Shown piece after piece: positions 34,513-38,330 of a stretch of DNA of 38,330 nt. Source of the DNA: a virus (Duplodnaviria > Caudoviricetes); IMG/VR virus record IMGVR_UViG_3300010048_000854, positions 1 to 38,330 of that record; one strand, given 5' to 3'. Position 1 is the first letter of the stretch. Each line of letters begins with the position of its first letter. The translations under genes and the position numbers were made by a program. The notes beneath the pieces were generated by a model. The model made no database searches, had not been told where the DNA came from, and was given only the letters and a program-made list of their open reading frames with translations.

Positions 34513-35156
34513 GCAATCTCCAGTCGGGCCGCATCGCGGGCGCGCACGATGGCCTCGAAGGTTTCCCGGTCGCCGCCCTTGTCGGGGTGATGAACTTGTG
34601 CGAGGGCGCGGAAGCGAGTCTCAATCGCGTCCATGGTCGGCTGGGCTTCGATTACGCCCAGCACTTCGCGCCACGGCTGCGAAGCTTTCTCCGGGAGCGC
34701 TGCGAAGCCCAGGAATGCACGATTAAGGATTTCCGCTCCTCCATGCCTCTCGATGGCCCGCATCGCGTCCAGCGTGGCTGCAATCGCGGCTAGATTGTCG
34801 GCTACGCGCCAGTACTGATCGATCGCCATGCAGCGCATGTTCTGGCCCTTTTTCTGCCAGTAGACCGCGACTCCGGGATCGCCGGGCTCCTGGTCGCTTC
34901 GCGGCAAGCCATCGAGCCGAAGCGGGACATTGGTCGAGATGATGATGTCGTCATCCTTGATGCCCATGCGGCTCAACTCGGCTAGGACACGTTGGACCGC
35001 ATCAGAGACAGCAAGGCGCGCTTTGCCCTGGTAGATCCGTTCACCGCGTTCGTTGACCTTATCCGGGCGAGTCTTGTTGAAGCTCGCGTGGACCCGATAT
35101 TTGGCTCGCTTCCAGCCCTCGGGCCATGACAAGGGATAGGCTTTCCGTTCGCTCAT
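34509..35156 (-). CDS. J-domain (DnaJ-like) protein
   Basis: C-terminal WREVLGV...HHPDKGGD, N-terminal AYPLSWPEGW domain. Confidence 0.85.
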   Translation of the reverse strand: MSERKAYPLSWPEGWKRAKYRVHASFNKTRPDKVNERGERIYQGKARLAVSDAVQRVLAELSRMGIKDDDIIISTNVPLRLDGLPRSDQEPGDPGVAVYWQKKGQNMRCMAIDQYWRVADNLAAIAATLDAMRAIERHGGAEILNRAFLGFAALPEKASQPWREVLGVIEAQPTMDAIETRFRALAQVHHPDKGGDRETFEAIVRARDAARLEIA

Positions 35157-35305
35157 GCCGTTCCTTTCGCCTGGTACTCGCTGAAAAGCACGTTTTCCAC
35201 TTCCGCCAGTTCGTCTAACGTGTCCGGATTTAAGGTCTGCTCAAACTTCTGGGTGAGTTCCCGCTGGTGATTCCAGAGGAGCACGTATTGTTCGGGAGTC
35301 ATCAT
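35153..35305 (-). CDS. Small hypothetical protein
   Basis: 50 aa, coupled at both ends. Confidence 0.55.
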   Translation of the reverse strand: MMTPEQYVLLWNHQRELTQKFEQTLNPDTLDELAEVENVLFSEYQAKGTA

Positions 35306-35502
35306 GCGGCCTCTTTGGGCGGCTCCGGATCGGGAACGAGAGAGAGCTGGCCGGTGAGGATTTCGGTTTTCCTGGCGCCCAATTGGTTTTCGAGTAGCGT
35401 CATACGGGATTTCCACTCGGTCAGAAATTCCGCTTTCTCGGCGTGCAGGTCTTCGATGGCCTGTAGAAGTAGGGCGATTTGCTTGGCGCGGTCGGTGATC
35501 AC
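35302..35502 (-). CDS. Small coiled-coil protein
   Basis: 66 aa, GTGA coupling, AAGGAG RBS. Confidence 0.65.
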   Translation of the reverse strand: MITDRAKQIALLLQAIEDLHAEKAEFLTEWKSRMTLLENQLGARKTEILTGQLSLVPDPEPPKEAA

Positions 35503-35702
35503 TTTCCCATCTCCTTCCACAGCACAGGTTGAACGGCTTCGGGCTCTAGGATTTCGGCGGAATGGCGGATGTCCTGTTCGGCCTGGCGCTCGGCTTCGGC
35601 ACGGGAGAGGCCACCGCAAAACTCCATCAGCCCCGCCCTCTCCTCGTAGAGAAAGCGCCAGGATTCGGGCCAGTCGGAAAGCTTTCTAGGTAATTGGGTC
35701 AT
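35499..35702 (-). CDS. Small phage protein (EERAG..E..GGLSR.EAE motif)
   Basis: 67 aa. Motif recalled from phage hypothetical proteins. Confidence 0.65.
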   Translation of the reverse strand: MTQLPRKLSDWPESWRFLYEERAGLMEFCGGLSRAEAERQAEQDIRHSAEILEPEAVQPVLWKEMGK

Positions 35703-35795
35703 CGGAAAATACTTAAAAGGCGAGACGGTTCACTTGCCGGATCTCGCCCGATTTCCAAGCCGGTCCTTGGTTTTCGCTCCCCCTTGAGCGAACCT

Positions 35796-36554
35796 TCAAT
35801 CTCCGGTTGCGACTTCATCCGAACGGTTAGCTTCGACAATCGACACGATGGGCTGTGCAGAGCCATTTGCTTTCTTTTTGGTCGCGGCTTCTAGGCTCGC
35901 GGTTAGCGAGTCGGCGAGAGGCATCTGCGCAGTCGCATATTGCATGGCTTCGTCAAACTCTTTCTTGCTGAGTTCCGCAGCCATCGCCTTGCCGAATTTG
36001 GTTACGAGGTAATCGCGGGCCTGTGTGTAGGTGAGACCGCTTTTAGCACAAGCTGAATCGAATGCTCGGAGTTGGGTTTCGGCTTGGCGCTCCTGCTTCG
36101 TCTTGCGGTGCGACTGTCGTGGCAGGCCAGCATCGGACTCTTCGGCATCGAGATACAGAAACGGCACAAGCCCAATTTCGCGGAGGAAATACTTGAGGGC
36201 GCCGGTCTTTGCTTTGTAGGGAGCCGTGTTGTCACTCGACCATGCCGAACCCGAGAAGGTCCATTCTTCCGATTCCTTCGTGTCGAGATCGCGGACCGTA
36301 AAAAGTGTCGTCACACTGGAGTGAAGCACCGGCCCGCTTGCCGTATCGACAACTTGATCCTTGGCTTCTTTCTCGGTGGCCTTGAAGCGTAGGCGGTACT
36401 TGTGAAATTGCTCGCGCAGCACCGTCATAATGGTCGAGGCCTTTACAAAATCGAAATCGCCATTGTTACCATCGGCTTCGAGAACCGGCACGGCATGCTG
36501 TAGGACGAATAGCTTCTCGTCTAGTGTTTTCGGTGCTACACTTTTTCTCGACAT
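35796..36554 (-). CDS. erf: ERF-family single-strand annealing protein
   Basis: LDEKL..LQ..V, DNTAPYKAKTGALKYFL. Start is 36554 or 36566. Confidence 0.75.
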   Translation of the reverse strand: MSRKSVAPKTLDEKLFVLQHAVPVLEADGNNGDFDFVKASTIMTVLREQFHKYRLRFKATEKEAKDQVVDTASGPVLHSSVTTLFTVRDLDTKESEEWTFSGSAWSSDNTAPYKAKTGALKYFLREIGLVPFLYLDAEESDAGLPRQSHRKTKQERQAETQLRAFDSACAKSGLTYTQARDYLVTKFGKAMAAELSKKEFDEAMQYATAQMPLADSLTASLEAATKKKANGSAQPIVSIVEANRSDEVATGD

Positions 36555-36599
36555 ATTTGGTTTCACCTTTCTGGCCCACGTTCTCAGCGTGGGCTTGTT

Positions 36600-36755
36600 T
36601 TATTTCGCTAACTCTTGCTTCACTCGAATCAAAACTTTCTTGGCGAGCTCGATCAATTTGCGATCCCGCTCGGATCGAGCCATCACGTTGGCGCGTTCTT
36701 TTGCGCGCAAAACATGCACGATGGCTTCAGCGAAATCGGTATCAATGCTGCTCAT
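36600..36755 (-). CDS. Small helical hypothetical protein
   Basis: 51 aa, ATGA coupling, GGAG RBS. Confidence 0.6.
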   Translation of the reverse strand: MSSIDTDFAEAIVHVLRAKERANVMARSERDRKLIELAKKVLIRVKQELAK

Positions 36756-37075
36756 GCGTACTCCGAGAGAATCCCTCTCGACCACTGCGGCTCGCCGTGA
36801 ATCCTTCGGTGACAATCCCGCGTCACGAAGCGCACGTTCTCCAAGACATCAGAGCCGCCCTTTGCCCGGGAGATGACATGGTGGAGCTGGCCGTCCGTCC
36901 AAAAGACCCGGCGCTTGCAGTCCTTCTCTCCGCATTCGCAGTAGCCCTCGGATCGTTCGAAGGCCTGGGCGCGAAGTTTCTGCATATCCGGGCCGGACAA
37001 GCGAGTCCGCGGCGGCAGCCAGGGCGAACGTTCCCGGCGAATCTTCGCTTTCCGGCGTAATGGAGAGCGGCGCAT
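36752..37075 (-). CDS. HNH endonuclease
   Basis: CEC...C, LHHVISRAKGGSDVLENV...CHRRIH. Confidence 0.85.
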   Translation of the reverse strand: MRRSPLRRKAKIRRERSPWLPPRTRLSGPDMQKLRAQAFERSEGYCECGEKDCKRRVFWTDGQLHHVISRAKGGSDVLENVRFVTRDCHRRIHGEPQWSRGILSEYA

Positions 37076-37218
37076 CACGGCAATAACCCATGCTGGCGAG
37101 CCCAAACGATGAAAATCACGACCAAGAAAGCCACGGCGCCGATCGTCAAGTACTTATCGACTTCATCCATCCACGCCTCGGCGCGGCGCTCGATTGCTTC
37201 CCGTTCCAGTCGATTCAT
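37075..37218 (-). CDS. Small single-TM protein
   Basis: 47 aa read by hand (MNRLERE...IGAVAFLVVIFIVW), GGAGG RBS, coupled. Confidence 0.6.
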   Translation of the reverse strand: MNRLEREAIERRAEAWMDEVDKYLTIGAVAFLVVIFIVWARQHGLLP

Positions 37219-37523
37219 GCGGCCCTCCGAAATTTCCTGTTTACCGAATACCAGTTCTCACTCGGGCAAAAGTCGTCGTGGGAGTGCTCGCCTTCGAGTC
37301 GGCCACAATCGGCACATGCGGAATCCAGATGGGCGAAGATGCACTCCTGGATGGCGTGTACTCGCTCATAGGCCAAGCGGTCGCCGATGTTTTTCGAGGC
37401 GGGGACCGCCAAGTGTGTTTTCACTTTGGCCAGATAGATCGCTGGGTCCTGTTCGGCCACACGCAAGGCAACCGTGGCCTCGATCTCATCGGCTTCGCGG
37501 ATGGGGATAGGTAGGGTCGGCAT
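37215..37523 (-). CDS. Hypothetical protein
   Basis: 102 aa, CADC...H...C. Confidence 0.6.
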   Translation of the reverse strand: MPTLPIPIREADEIEATVALRVAEQDPAIYLAKVKTHLAVPASKNIGDRLAYERVHAIQECIFAHLDSACADCGRLEGEHSHDDFCPSENWYSVNRKFRRAA

Positions 37524-37526
37524 GAG

Positions 37527-37913
37527 CTATTTGCCGTCCTGCAGGATCGGCTCGCAATCCCACTCGACCACTTCCTCTTCGTGGGCTTCGATGACGCGCT
37601 CCGGAATTACCTGCCGTTCAATTGTTCGTTTGCCAACTACGCGCGGCTTGCAAACCGTTTCGCGTCTGGCGTGAAACCTCAGCGTTAAATTGCCGATGGA
37701 CTTATGCGCGTCAAAATCATCAGGACTCGGCTCGGCGTAGACTTTCTTGAATTCGCCAATTTCCCGGAGCACTTTGCGCACCTGCTCGGCGTCAAGGTGG
37801 TACAGAAATACGAACATCGGCTGCTCCAACTCGTAAGGAACTGGCAGTTCGGGATGCGCTTCGTACCAGTCGGCAAGTTGGCGCAGGGATGAAATCAATT
37901 CAGTGGTAGTCAT
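37527..37913 (-). CDS. Hypothetical phage protein
   Basis: 128 aa, LRQLADW...VEWDCEPIL, GAGGAG RBS. Confidence 0.7.
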   Translation of the reverse strand: MTTTELISSLRQLADWYEAHPELPVPYELEQPMFVFLYHLDAEQVRKVLREIGEFKKVYAEPSPDDFDAHKSIGNLTLRFHARRETVCKPRVVGKRTIERQVIPERVIEAHEEEVVEWDCEPILQDGK

Positions 37914-37916
37914 GGC

Positions 37917-38330
37917 TCACTCCTCGTTGTTGTGCTCGATCATGCAAGCCGGGCAGAAATGCTCCGTGCATCCCGGCGCCGTGCACTTCGAGACGTTTTG
38001 GGTGGATTCGCACATCAGGCAGGTATCACCGAGAGCGTCTAGCGCGTCTTTGAGTTGTCGGAAAGCGACGGCCCTTTCCTCGTCGGTGCGGACACCGATA
38101 ATGCAAAATTCCGGGCCAGTAGGCTGCTCCAAGGAGATACTTTGGGTCTCGCCCGCGCGCGCGGTGAGCAGCCGATTTTGCCCGGAAACTTGTGGCCCCA
38201 TGACTTCATCGACCAGCGCCGAAAGGCTGGTGATGCCGAGGCCGAAATCGAATTCATTCAAAAAAAGGGAAGCGGCATTGACCGGGAGGTTTTCGGTCGG
38301 GTGAGCTGCCGCTTCCCGATCCGCGCCCAT
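37917..38330 (-). CDS. Hypothetical protein with C-terminal Zn finger
   Basis: CLMC...C....C...FCPAC...H. Start lies at the window edge. Confidence 0.55.
   Translation of the reverse strand: MGADREAAAHPTENLPVNAASLFLNEFDFGLGITSLSALVDEVMGPQVSGQNRLLTARAGETQSISLEQPTGPEFCIIGVRTDEERAVAFRQLKDALDALGDTCLMCESTQNVSKCTAPGCTEHFCPACMIEHNNEE

Larger units (their letters stand above)
1..38330. mobile_element. Temperate P22-like podovirus genome/prophage, probably incomplete
   Basis: Integrase, TerS/TerL, portal, scaffold, coat, gp4/gp10-like, ejection and lysis genes in P22-like order. No tail tube or tape-measure gene seen. Confidence 0.93.

Noticed and set aside
1-38330. att sites, tRNA genes and a firm host assignment
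   Set aside because: The window is cut at gene boundaries and no tRNA was noticed. High GC and Gln-starting mature proteins hint at an Acidobacteriota-like diderm host, but the sequence alone cannot establish this.

Overview
The window is most of a temperate, P22-like podovirus genome or prophage. It is cut at gene boundaries (integrase stop at base 1, an ATG at base 38330), so att sites are not visible. Left to right it holds: a tyrosine integrase and a divergent RHH-like regulator; a second, catalytic-domain-only tyrosine recombinase; TerS/TerL; small genes including a GroES-like and a HiPIP-like protein; portal, scaffold and coat; gp4/gp10-like tail hub genes; ejection proteins interrupted by an antisense moron cluster; three tail-appendage genes; a lysis module; and a leftward early operon (Dam, DUF559, RAMP/Cas7-like protein, J-domain protein, ERF, HNH). 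I did not recognise a CI repressor or replication genes. Main signals: (1) a stand-alone RAMP/Cas7-like gene directly preceded by an in-register (GGY-NN)x14 array, a candidate non-CRISPR RNA-guided module; (2) tail-appendage and putative decoration proteins that all carry Sec-type signal peptides and many cysteines, suggesting maturation outside the cytoplasm; (3) a moron cluster with a membrane peptide that copies the ejection protein's DWF motif, a diverged portal fragment and a repeated leaderless-promoter cassette. All family calls come from reading motifs by eye, not from database searches.
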